Shown piece by piece: positions 42,935 to 64,000 of a DNA stretch of 64,000 nucleotides. Position 1 is the stretch's first letter; every line of letters begins with the position of its first letter. A program made the position numbers and the translations under genes. The notes beneath the pieces were generated by a model. It did no database searches and was not told where the DNA came from. It was given only the letters and a program-made list of their open reading frames with translations. The stretch lies in assembly GCF_009914755.1 (NCBI RefSeq), contig NC_060943.1; one strand, 5' to 3'. This DNA comes from the human T2T-CHM13v2.0 reference genome, Homo sapiens.

Positions 42935-42947
42935 GACAAAGAAAGAC

Positions 42948-42980
<33 letters not shown>

Positions 42981-43383
42981 AGGAAGGAGGGAAGAAGAAA
43001 GAAAGATGGAAGAAAGAGAGAGAAGGAGGAGGGAAGGATGAAAGAAAGAAATAAAAAGAAAGGAAAGAAGGAAGGAAGGAAGGAAAGGAGGGAGGGAGGA
43101 AGGAGAAGGGAGGGAGGGAAGGAAGGGAGGGAGGGAGGGAGGGACGGAAGGAAGGAAGGAAGGAAGGAAGGAAGGAAAGAAGGAAGGAAGGAAGGTAGGA
43201 AGGTAGGAAGGAAAGGAGGGAGGGAGGAAGGAGAAGGGAGGGAGGAAGGAGAAGGGAGGGAGGGAGGGAAGGGAGGGAGGGAAGGAAGGGAGGGAGGGAG
43301 GGACGGAAGAAAGGAAGGAAGGAAGGAAGGAAGGAAGGAAGGAAGGGAAGGAAGGGAAGGAAGGGAAGGAAGGAAGGAAGAAG
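42935..43383 (+). repeat. (GA)n/(GGAA)n/(GGGA)n polypurine tract at an AluJ tail
   Basis: Direct observation. Confidence 0.93.
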
Positions 43384-43493
43384 GTGGATCAATTATTCCT
43401 CTTGTCCAAGCAAGGCAAAACCAGTGGCATCAGGTCAATACTGAAACTGAACCAAATACCTGGACACTTAGCACCATGTGTCATCCCCTGTCC

Positions 43494-43535
<42 letters not shown>

Positions 43536-44320
43536 ACAAACTTGCTTGACTTCATCAGCATTGGAGAACTAAAAGGAAACAGTACAGAGTACCAGGAAAA
43601 AAATAAAACTCCTCCCACAGGGACTGTATTTCTCTAATGTTTCTCCCACAAACTAAACCATGCATCTGTTCTCTTAAGTCATTCTTGGGCAGGAGTGGGT
43701 GGGTAATGTTGCTTTTATTCTATCTCCTTGAATTTTTTTCCTGATTAGGTATTCTTGACTCCTCAATATTGAGCAACTGGTAGGTGTTTCACCATGTCCC
43801 TCATTTATCCTGCCTCTTTGGCCAGACAGTGTCTGTGTGTGTCATCAACATATTAACATGTTAAAGCAATAATTCATTATGGAGGTCATTTTCTGGCTTT
43901 TTTTTTTTTTAGATACAGGGTCTTGCTCTGTTGCCCAGGCTGGGGTGCAGTGACACAATCAGAACTCCCTGCAACCTCTAACTCCTGGGCTCAAGCGATC
44001 CTCCCACCTCAGCCTCCCGAGAGCTGGGACCACAGACATTGGCCACCATGCCTGGCTAATTTTAAAATTTTTTATAGAAACGAGATCTTGCTCTGTTGCC
44101 CAGGCTAGTTTTAAACTCCCAAACTCAAGCAATCCTCCCACCTTGGCCTCCCAAAGCTCTGGGATTACAGGCGTGAGCCACCGTGCCCAGCCCTCAGTGG
44201 TCATTTTGAATTCTGATATGCTTTGTTTGTTCAACAAATATTTATTAACTACCAACTGTGTACCACTGTGATCCAATTATCATTCATCTTGGGATCTTAA
44301 GACTCTAGAGAAATCACCTA

Positions 44321-44497
<177 letters not shown>

Positions 44498-45072
44498 TCA
44501 GCTACTCAGGAGGCTGAGGCAGGAGAATCACTTGAATTCAGGAGGTGGAGGTTGCAGTGAGCCGAGTTCACGCCACTGTACTCCAGCCTGGGCAACAGAG
44601 CGAGACTCCGTCTCAAAAACAAAACAAAACCTGCCTCCCCTTGGGGGGTCAAAAGAAAATGTAGTGTTGGTTTTGCTGGAGAGAAAAATAACTGTACACC
44701 AAAAGTTGTAGTCCCTTTGGGGAAAAAAAGTGAGTAGCCCTTGAGTTGAGTCCTGAAAAAAGATGTTTGAAGATGGTGTCTGCCTACCATCTTCAAGATT
44801 TTGGTGTTGGTAGCTAAGAATTAATGTATGAGTTAGTAGGGTCCATACTAACTAGTAGGGTTCTGTTACTCATGTCTGACCAGGACGATTTCATGGAGGG
44901 TAAGACAAGTGGTACAGGAAGAAGAAAGAAATGTGAACTAAAAAAGAAATCAGAGACCGGGCATGGTGGCTCACGCCTGTAATCCCAGTACTTTGGGAGG
45001 CTGAGGCGGGTGGATTGCTTGAGCCCAGGAGTTCAAGACCAGCCTGGGCAACACGGCAAAACCTCATCTCTA

Positions 45073-45243
<171 letters not shown>

Positions 45244-45759
45244 TCAGTCAATCAATCAAATAGTTAAAATGGTATGCTCTATGTGTTTTTTTACCATAAT
45301 TTAAAAAGAAATTGGCTGGGTGTGTTAGCTCACACCTGTAATCCAAGCACTTTGGGAGGCCGAGGTGGGTGGATCACCCGAGGTCAGGAGTTCAAGACCA
45401 GCCTGGCCAAGATGGTGAAACCCCGTCTCTGCTAAAAATACAAAAATTAGCCAGGCATGGTGGCGGGTGCCTGTAATCCCAGCTACTTGGAAAGTTGAGG
45501 CAGAAGAATGGCTTGAACCTAGGAGACGGAGGTTGCAGTAAGTCAAGATTGCACCACTGCACTCCGGCCTAGGTGACAGAATAAGACTCTGTCTCAAAAA
45601 TAAATAAATAAAAAATAAAAATAAATCAAACACATGCTCTGGAGAGTAATTTGAAAGTAGCCAACATTTAGTGAGCACGTACTAGGTGCCTGCCACTGGG
45701 TATCACCTGTGGCTGGGCTTCTCAGCAATGCTAAGACACAGACGCCATCGTCATCCTTG

Positions 45760-45778
45760 CAGTCAGCAGGGGGCACTG
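45760..45778 (+). promoter_or_regulatory. CTCF binding motif
   Basis: CAGTCAGCAGGGGGCACTG matches the CTCF core (C/T)CAGCAGGGGGC(G/A)C. Confidence 0.6.
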
Positions 45779-46358
45779 AGGCACAGAGGGCTGAGTGGCT
45801 CCCCTGGGTCACACGCCAATGAGTATGTGGCCTCCAGGGCTTCTCAGATGCTGACTGGCTCATGACTCACCCAGCCTCAAGTTCAAATGCAGATTCTAAC
45901 TCAGCAGGGCTGAGTGGAGCCTGGGACTGGCCAAGACCTGCACTTTGAGGGGAGGATTTCTTCCCCGGAGGCTAAGTCAGTCCTCCCTCGTCCACTGGAC
46001 AAACTTGGCCTATAAGGGGGTGGAAAATGCTTACCCAGAGCGTTCGTCTGTCTGTCACTGTGGAGACAGCTAGGGTTGAAGGATCCTGGAATAGAAGCTC
46101 CCTCATTTGCCCTGGGCCCAGAGGGCCCTCTGGTCCTATGCCCTAACATTTTAAATAATAATAATAATAAATGAAACCCTCTGCCAGAGCTTTTGATGTC
46201 CACGAGTTTTACAGGTCATTTGCTCAGTAATTTCACTCAGTGTCAAATCCACCCTCTCCCTCCTGACCCCTGTAATGATCTTCTGTTTTCTTTTTGGGGA
46301 GGCTGCATTGAATTGAACCCATCTTATGTGGAGGGAAAGTGGCATTTGCACCGAGTGA

Positions 46359-46481
<123 letters not shown>

Positions 46482-46659
46482 TGAGTAACTGGGACTACAT
46501 GCGCCTGCCACCACGCCCGGCAAATGTTTTGCATTTTTAGTAGAGATGGGGTTTCACCATGTTAGCCAGGATGGTCTCGGTCTCCTGACCTCAAGTGATC
46601 CGTCCACCTCGGCCTCCCAAACTGCTGGGATTACAGGCATGAGTCACTGCGCCCGGCCA

Positions 46660-49297
<2,638 letters not shown>

Positions 49298-49300
49298 TCA

Positions 49301-49405
<105 letters not shown>

Positions 49406-49744
49406 TCATTTAAAAAAAAAAAAAAAAAAGAAGAAGCAGCAGCAGCATCAAGGGCACAGAGAATCTCCGTATTTTTCCCAAGGCTGAGCCAAAATGGGGA
49501 GAATCTACCTCATTAAGAACAAAGCAGCATTTAGACAGGTGGGGAAAATCGAACCTGACTGGGTGTCAGGGGATTTTAAAGAATTCATGTGAGTTTTGTA
49601 AGGACTGTTGGTGGTATTTGGTTATGGTGTTCTTTAAAAGTGTTTGTCTGTTAGAGATGCATATGGAAGTATTTATGGATAAGGTGATATGATACCTGGA
49701 TTTGCTTTTTTAAAAACTCCAGGAAACAGCACCACATAAATAAA

Positions 49745-50460
<716 letters not shown>

Positions 50461-51164
50461 AAAAAAAATCCCACCAGAAAAGAAGGGAAAAGATACACCC
50501 GAAGAGCAGAAAACTGCTAATTGGCCACGCACGAGGGTGGCTCATGCCTGTAATCCCAGCACTTTGGGAGGCTGAGGCAAGAGAATCGCTTGAGCCCAGG
50601 AGTTAGAGACTAGCCTTGGCAACATGGCAAAAACCTGTCTCTACAAAAAAATACAAAAATGCGTGCCTGAGTTCCCAGCTACCTGAGAGGTTGAGGTGGG
50701 AGAATCACCTGAGCCTGGGAAGTTGAGGCTGCGGTGAGCTATGATCATGCCATTGCACTCCAGCCTGGGCGACAGAGCAAGACCTTGTGGAAGGGAAGGG
50801 AAAGGAAGGGGAAAGGGAAGGGGGAAGGGAAAGGGGAAGGGGAAGGGAAGGGGGAAAGAATGGGAAGGGAAGGGAGGGGAGAGGAGGGGAGGGAAGGGGG
50901 GAGGGGAGGGGAGGGAAGGGAAGGGAACAAGAAAATAATATTTGCTTCTAAAACTGTTATGGTTTGGCTGTTTGTCCCCGGTAAAATTCATGTTGAAATT
51001 GAATCCCCAATATGGCAGTACTGGGAGGTGGGAAGCGGGGAGGGAGGGGAGGGGAGGGGAAGGGAGGGAATTGCTAATTGGAGAAGCTGGGTGATAGGGC
51101 CTTGGGGATTTGCTGTATTTTTTTCATTGTATTCTCTCTACTTCTCTACTTTGTGTATATTTGA

Positions 51165-51347
<183 letters not shown>

Positions 51348-51463
51348 TAGAGATGGGGTCTCGCTATATTGCCCAGGCTAGTAATTTTCTATATTTGTTT
51401 TGTTTCCTTTTCTTTTCTTTTTTGTTTTTATTTTATTTTATTTTATTGAAATTTTCTATTTTA

Positions 51464-51816
<353 letters not shown>

Positions 51817-52189
51817 TCAAAAAAAAAAAAAAAAAAAAAAAAACCAGATTGGGGGATTTCTATGTGGGTGAGTCCAGCCCGTAGTTCAGCAGCTGGGGAG
51901 CCACTAGGATGGGAAGCAACTCAAAGCAAAGCTGGTGGGATTTTCCCCAGGCCAGGAGGCCTCCAGGTCCGTCACCTACACTGGAGTGTAGAGAAGAAGC
52001 CAGCCCTGGGGTCCCTCGGCCTGGAGAACAAAAGGACTCAATCCACCCTGCCAGCCTGGGACCCTGCCCAAGCTTCATCTCCACATCAGTAAAACCAGGC
52101 TAATCCTTCATACCTGGTGGGGATTTTGTGAGCATTAAATGAGATCGTGTTAAAAAGGAACAACAAGAAAATAATATTTGCTTCTAAAA

Positions 52190-53308
<1,119 letters not shown>

Positions 53309-53457
53309 TAAACCATGTGAGTACGATATGGATTATATGAGTTAATGCATATGTTAAATAGCTTGATTTAGCCATTGTATAATGTATGTATATATATCAA
53401 AACATCCATAAGTATATATACAATTTTTACTTGTTGATTTAAAAATTTATTTAATTA

Positions 53458-53922
<465 letters not shown>

Positions 53923-54009
53923 TCACATAAGCTGTCATTATTATGCAGGGAGTCATAAGTCTATGCAATTAGCATTGAATTTTCCTGTTTTTAAATCACA
54001 TGACTTGTA

Positions 54010-54197
54010 TGAGTCACTTCGTGATCAACATAAATAGTCATCCTGGTTTCCTTAGAAGTCCTTTGAAAATGTCAAAAAGTTCTACTTTTCCTCTTACGCA
54101 AATGAGACCATCCTGAGTCAACCATCTTTTAAACTCTTGTGTTTTTTGCCAGAGTTGGTGACCATGAATAGATTGAATGATTGGCCCTGATGAGTCA
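54010..54197. promoter_or_regulatory. AP-1 / C/EBP motif cluster, candidate enhancer
   Basis: TGAGTCA at 54010, 54114 and 54191; TTACGCAA at 54094. Confidence 0.55.
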
Positions 54198-54199
54198 CT

Positions 54200-54775
54200 C
54201 TCTCCTGTGTGCCTATCTTTGCGATGGTCTCATCATGGGTGGTGGGTACTTCTCCATGGCTTGGCCTTAGGCTTGGCCACGTGACTTGCTTCAGTCAATG
54301 GTAGGTGGGCAGAAATGGCAAGGAGTGAGTTCCAAACCAGGATTCAGAAGCCACATGTGTTTCTGCCTGCCCTCTTGCACCTCTGCTCCCACCACGGAAA
54401 CAACTGTCCCAGGAGGAAGAGGAGGGACACGTGGAGCAGAGGAGTCACCCAGCTGAGCCCCAGCCAGATCAGCCAAACCCAGCTGGTACACATGTGCATG
54501 GGGAATAAATGACTATTGCTTTAAGCCACTAAGTTTTGGGGTCATGTATGATGCAGCTGTGATGGTTAATTTGGGGTCAGCTTGACTGGGTTAAGAGATA
54601 CCCAGATAGCTAGTTACACCTTATTTCTGGATGTGTCTGTGTTTTTAGAAGAGATTCGTGTTTGAATCTGTAGACTGAGTAAAGAAGATTCAGCCTCCTC
54701 GATGCAGTGAGTATCTTCCAATCCACTGAGGGCAAGGATAGAACAAAAAAGCAGAAGAAGGGGAGATATCTCCAT
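54200..54775 (+). mobile_element. MLT1-type LTR fragment (~54200-54556) followed by the start of an MLT2 LTR (54557-54775)
   Basis: ggccacgtgacttgct...ttaagccactaagttttggg, then tgtgatggttaat...cttgactgggttaagagatacccagatagct. Confidence 0.75.
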
Positions 54776-54976
54776 TTCGTGCCTCAGCCTCCTGAGTAGC
54801 TGGAATTACAGGCTAGGGCCACCATGCCCGGCTCGTTATTTTTTGTATTTTTAGTAGAGGCGGGGTTTTACCATGTTCGTTCATGCCTATAATCCCAGCA
54901 CTTGGGAGGTCAGGAGCTAGAGACCAGCCTGGCCAACACGGTGAAACCCCATCTCTAATAAAAGCACAAAAAATTA

Positions 54977-55189
<213 letters not shown>

Positions 55190-55222
55190 CTATGATTCCA
55201 ATTGGTTTTTCAACTCTGCCTT

Positions 55223-55260
<38 letters not shown>

Positions 55261-55680
55261 CAGGCACAGTGGCTCATGCCTGTAATCCCAGCACTTTGGG
55301 AGGCCAAGGTGGGTGGATCACGAGGTCAGGAGATGGAGACCATCCTGGGTAACATGGTGAAACCCCGTCTCTACTAAAAATACAAAAAATTAGCCGGGTG
55401 TGGTGGCACACACCTGTAATCCAGCTACTCGGAAGGCCGAGGTAGGAGAATCACTTGAACCCAGGAGGCAGAGGTTTTAGTGAGCCGAGTTTGCGCCACT
55501 GCACTCCAGGTGGGCTACAGAGCGAGACTCTGTCTCAAAAAAAAAAAAAAAAAAAAAAAAAAGCCAGGCGCGGTGGCTTACGCCTGTAATCCCAGCACTT
55601 TGGGAGGCTGAGGCGGGCGGATCACGAGATCGGGAGATTGAGACCATCCTGGCTAACACAGTGAAACCCCGTCTCTACTA

Positions 55681-55923
<243 letters not shown>

Positions 55924-55989
55924 TTAGAAAACTGGGAGGGCCTTGGTCAGCCAGTCCAGGAACGAGGCAGAGAATACTACCTCACTTAC

Positions 55990-56128
55990 CTCCAAGGGCC
56001 CATGCAAAAAACAGAGGGCACATTCAAACTGGGTAATCTGAGAAGCATTTAATAAAATATATTTACAGCAAAGGCTGGATCGGTTGGATAATGCAACAGC
56101 AACTACAGGAAGCTGTTACCACCCACAC
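55990..56128 (-). other. Candidate non-coding 5' exon (139 nt) within an old LTR-like element
   Basis: Acceptor CTTCTCTTCTTCACCCCTTCAG|GTG and perfect donor GAG|GTAAGT. Same strand as, and upstream of, the 48-kb exon. No useful ORF. Confidence 0.4.
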
Positions 56129-57824
56129 CTGAAGGGGTGAAGAAGAGAAGGTTCTAGGCTCCACAGACACAGGGAGAATTGTGCAGAAAAGGCAGCCTGA
56201 AAGAGGGACGCACACAACCCATAGCAACCTGAAACAGAGGAAGCCAAGGAAATAAATTTAAATTCCCTTAACTGGCCGGGCGCGGTGGCTCATGCCTATA
56301 ATCCCAACACTTTGGGAGATCGAGGTGTGTGGATCTCTTTAGGTCAGGAGCTTGAGACCAGCCTGGCCACCATGGTGAAACTCTGTCTCTACAAAAAATA
56401 CAAAAATTATCCGGGTGTGGTGTCAGGTGCCTGTAATCCCAGCTACTCGGGAAGCTGAGGCAGGGAGAATCACTTGAACCCAGGAGGTGGAGGTTGCGGT
56501 GAGCTGAGATCACGCCACTGCACTCCAGTCTGGTTGACAAAGTGAGACGACTACGTCTCAAATAAATAAATAAATAAATAAATAATAAATAAATAAGATA
56601 AATTCCCTCAACCTCACCCTTCTCCCACTTTTTTTTTTTTTTCTGCTCTGTCACCCAGGCTGGAGTGCAGTGACAGGATCATAGCTCACTGCAGCCTCGA
56701 CCTCCTGGGCTCAAGTAATCCTCCTGCCTCAGCCTCCCAAGTAACTGGCACTACAAGTATGTGCCACCATACTCAGCTAATTCTTCCTTCCTTCCTCCCT
56801 CCCTCCCTTCCCTCTCTCTCTCCTTCCTTCCTTTTTTTTTTTTTCTCTTTCTTTTCTTTTTCTTTCTTTGGAGAGATGGAGTCTCCCTATGCTGCCCAGG
56901 CTGGTCACAAATTCCCGGCCTCAAGCAATGCTCCCCGCTCAGCCTCCCAAAGTGCTGGGATTACAGGCATGAGCCATCGCACCTTCTCTCACTTTTCATC
57001 TGTGAGTAACTCCCATTGGCTGAGCCAACCAAAAGCCAGTGGGCAACAGAGCCCAATGATGTTGTCTTTTGGGGTCAGCCTCAGGAACAGAAGAGGGTAG
57101 AAGGTGAGGAAGAGTAGAGCTGGAAGGAAAAATGGACTTTACCCACTTTCTCTTAACCAGTTCTCAGCTGACAAAGCATCTTCAGCACTTTCTGCATCCC
57201 TGCAATTCAGGTCATCTTTCTCAGCAGCCTGCTTGGCTGATCTGATTCCTTTTTCCTTCTCTGGCTACCAAAGGAAACAGATACAAAAGGGAAAATTGAT
57301 TTTCCAGGGAAGCCTCCAGTAAGCCTCAAGGACAATCCCATTTATGCATTTATGTTCCTCGTGACATCTGGTTTTGAGCCAGTCCCGCTGTGGGTGGAGT
57401 GCTGTTACTATACTGTTTATGTTCTGATCGTATTTCTCTTGGCCCAGAGAGCAGGCAGCTGGCCAAACATATAATGCCCTCCATGGGGGCAGAGGTCTCT
57501 CTCTGAGCCCAACAGCTGAGCCCCGCACACAGAGCGCTACTGGGAAATTTGACACCATCTACCATCAGCAGAATGAATGCCTTTGCCATTGGCCCAGGCA
57601 AGAAAATCGTTGCTTGCATATCCTGGGCAAAGTCTAGTTATGCATTAACAGTGACAGAAGGACAATTAGGATGCAGGAAACCAAGAAATAATATGTGAGA
57701 TAAAGTGTACACTCTCCTTGCCTGTGTGAGCCAATTGTTTAAACTGCAAGAAGACACACAGGCTCTGAAATCGAATCCTTCTGTGCTCAGACCCCAACTT
57801 TATCACTTCCTGGTGCCATGGTCT

Positions 57825-58248
57825 CTCTTCCTTTCCTTCCTTCCTTCCTTCTTTCCTTCCTTCCTTCCTCTCTGTCTCTCTCTCTCTTTTCCTTCCTTCC
57901 TTCCTCTGTCTCTCTCTTTTCCTTCCTTCTTTTCTTCCTTCCTCTGTCTCTCTTTTCCTTCTTTCTTTCCTTCTTTCCTTCCTTCCTTCCTCTCTTTCTC
58001 TCTTTTCCTTCCTTCCTTCCTCTGTCTCTCTCTCTTTTCCTTCCTCCATTCCTTCTTTCCTTCCTTCCTTCCTCTCTCTTTTTCCTTCCTTCTTCTGTCT
58101 CTTTTCCTTCCTTCTTTCCTTCCTTCCTCTCTCTCTTTTCCTTCCTTCCTTCCTCTGTCTCTCTCTCTTCTCCTTCCTTCCTTCTTCTGTCTCTCTCTTT
58201 TCCTTCCTTCCTTCCTTCGCGCGCGCGCGTGTGTGTGTGTGTGTGTGT
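57825..58248 (+). repeat. (TTCC)n/(TC)n polypyrimidine tract followed by (CG)6(TG)n
   Basis: Direct observation; the alternating purine-pyrimidine run is 58218-58248. Confidence 0.93.
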
Positions 58249-58311
58249 CCACTGCCTATGTTCAAAATTCTCCTCCTTCTATGAGGATACCAGTCATATT
58301 GGATTAGGGAT

Positions 58312-59180
<869 letters not shown>

Positions 59181-59297
59181 AGGCCCACCCCAGTGACCTC
59201 ATCTTAATGAATTATGTCTCTAATGACCCAAGTTCCAAATAAAGTCACATTCTAGGGTACTAGAAGTTAGGACTTCAACTTATGAACTTTTTTTTAA

Positions 59298-59495
<198 letters not shown>

Positions 59496-59940
59496 TGAGT
59501 CTCAGTCTCCCTGTAAAACAGGCTAAGAACCTTGAATGGACAAATAATCTTGATGAAATGATTATGAAAAAGGGAGGCATTTAAAACAGTTTCTGGCACA
59601 GAGTGGGTCCTGAAAAAACCGTCCGGCTAGGAAAAGATGTGCTAAAGACTTCCAGGGGGAGTCCAGGGGTGTAGGAAACACGGAGAAAAGCCTGCAGATA
59701 AATCAGTGAGTGACACTAGGTATCATGTAACACTGTCGTCAATTTTGCTAAGATATAAATTACAAGCCAGGCACAGTAACTCATGCCAGTAATCCCAGCA
59801 CTTTGGGAGGCCAAGGCAGGCGAATCACCTGAGGTCAGGAGTTCAAGACCAGCCTGGCCAACACGGCAAAACCCCATTTCTACCAAAAATACAAAAATTA
59901 GCCAGGAGTAGTGGTGCTATCCTGTAATCCCAGCTACTCA

Positions 59941-62165
<2,225 letters not shown>

Positions 62166-62867
62166 TATGCATGCTCATGCATGAGTAAGCTTTAAAGACA
62201 CGAAGGGAAAGCCCGGGGGTCAGAGAAGACATTGCTGAGAGTCAGGAGGTGGGAATGCAAGATGGCACTGCAGAGGTTTTTAGGGTGTGGGAGTGAGGGG
62301 GTGGATGGAAGGGCATACTGGGCATACCACAGGGTGGGAGATGAGGCCTTAGGTCTTTGCAAGATGGTGAGTAGGAATTGAGGCTCCCTGTATAAAGTAG
62401 GGATCCTGGTAGGACCACACCTAGGGACAGGGTACCAGGAAGACTCTCCACCAGCCCAAGGTGAGCACAGGGGAGCTCATCTTTTTTGCTTTTTTTTTTT
62501 TTTTTTTTTTGAGACAGGGTCTTGCTCTGTCACCAGGCTGGAGTGCAGTGGTGCAATCTGGGCTCACTGCAACCTCTGACTCCCGGGTTCAAGTGATTCT
62601 CCTGCCTCAGCCTCCCGAGTAACTGGGACTACAGGCATGTGCCACCACGCCTGGCTCATTTTTTTGTATTTTAGTAGAGATGGGGTTTCACCATGTTGGC
62701 CAGGATGGTCTCAAACTCCAGACTTCGTAATCCACCTGCCTCAGTCTCCCAAAGTGCTGGGATTACAGGCGTGCACCACTGCGCCCGGCCATCTCTTTTC
62801 TGAACGTTGAAAACACATACATATAGGTAATAACCAGTGTGCTCTAGGATGTGGGAAACAGACATTA

Positions 62868-63056
<189 letters not shown>

Positions 63057-64000
63057 TCACTTGAGGTCAGGAGTCCGAGACCAGCCTGAGCAACATGGTG
63101 AAACCCTGCCTCTGCTAAAAATACAAAAATTAGCCGGGAAGCTAAGGCAGGAGAATCGCTTGAACCTGAGAGGCAGATGTTGCAGTGAGCCAAGATCGTG
63201 CCACTGCACTCCAGCCTGAGCGACAGAGTGAGACTCTGTCTCAAAAAAAAAAAAAAAAAAAAAAATCTCTGCCAAAAATACAAAAATTAGCCAAGTGTGG
63301 TGGGACGTGCCTGTAGTCACAGCTACTTGAGAGGCTGAGTTAGGTGGGAGGATCATTTGAGCCTGGAAGGTTGAGGCTGCAGTGACCTATGATTGCACCA
63401 CTGCACTCCAGCCTGGGTGATGGAGCAAGACCCTGCCTAAAAAAAACCCCAAAATTTACTCTGTTTACTCTCAGCTCACTGCAGCTCAGACCTCTCCAGG
63501 CTTAGGTGATCCTCTCACCTCAGCTTCCTGAGTAGCTGAGACCACAGGCGCGCACCACCACACCCGACTAATTTTTGTATTTTTTTGTAGAGACATGGAT
63601 CCTGCTATGTTGCCCAGGCTGTTCTCAAATTCCTGGGCTAAAGTGATCTACCCGACTCAGTCTCCCAAAGTGCTGGCATTACAGGCATGAGCCACCATGC
63701 CTGGCCTCTTGCTTACATCTACTTTGGACTTGCTCTCAGATTCTTTTGTGTGGCGAAGTGTAAAACCTGGACTGGCTCAGCAGCAACAATTGGATTTTAG
63801 ACGAGTAGACACTCCAAAAGATGTTCACTACAATAACCATTATCTCAGCACTTCATTTCTAACCTTAACTCTAACCTAGAGAGACAATTGCACAAATGTT
63901 CAGAACAGCCTGTATCAGTTACCTAATGCCATGGTAATGCTGCGTAACAAATGGATGTGAAAACGTCAGTGACATGCAACATTAAGTTTATTGCTCATAT

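Overview
Primate, almost certainly human, genomic DNA. It is extremely Alu-dense (roughly 85-90 Alu copies or fragments by eye), with L1, L2/MIR, MaLR/ERVL LTRs, MER DNA transposons and many simple repeats. Nearly all long ORFs in the track are Alu, L1 or low-complexity artefacts. The real gene signal is a minus-strand chain of exons with clean splice sites: 55990-56128 (candidate), 48095-48351 and 23991-24294. The last encodes ...VDHRDVILAHQAHKIHSTPQARRKEW(E) and ends in phase 2. From memory, not from a search, this motif precedes the canonical MARF start in N-terminally extended CaV2 calcium-channel isoforms, and the phase fits splicing onto cag|A-ATG-GCC of CACNA1A exon 1, which would lie beyond the left edge of the window. 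The window therefore most likely covers far-upstream alternative 5' exons of CACNA1A (19p13). Read together, the two main exons look like a decayed ancestral N-terminal extension of about 145 aa (strong-Kozak ATG, stops explicable by C>T changes, one frameshift), overlaid with an intact 105-codon out-of-frame uORF and a residual 65-aa in-frame extension. Other notable structure includes CTCF and RFX motifs, an AP-1 cluster, a 20-bp minisatellite with higher-order periodicity, a ~68-bp Alu target-site duplication, templated local duplications inside purine tracts and a pure (GAA)20 tract.
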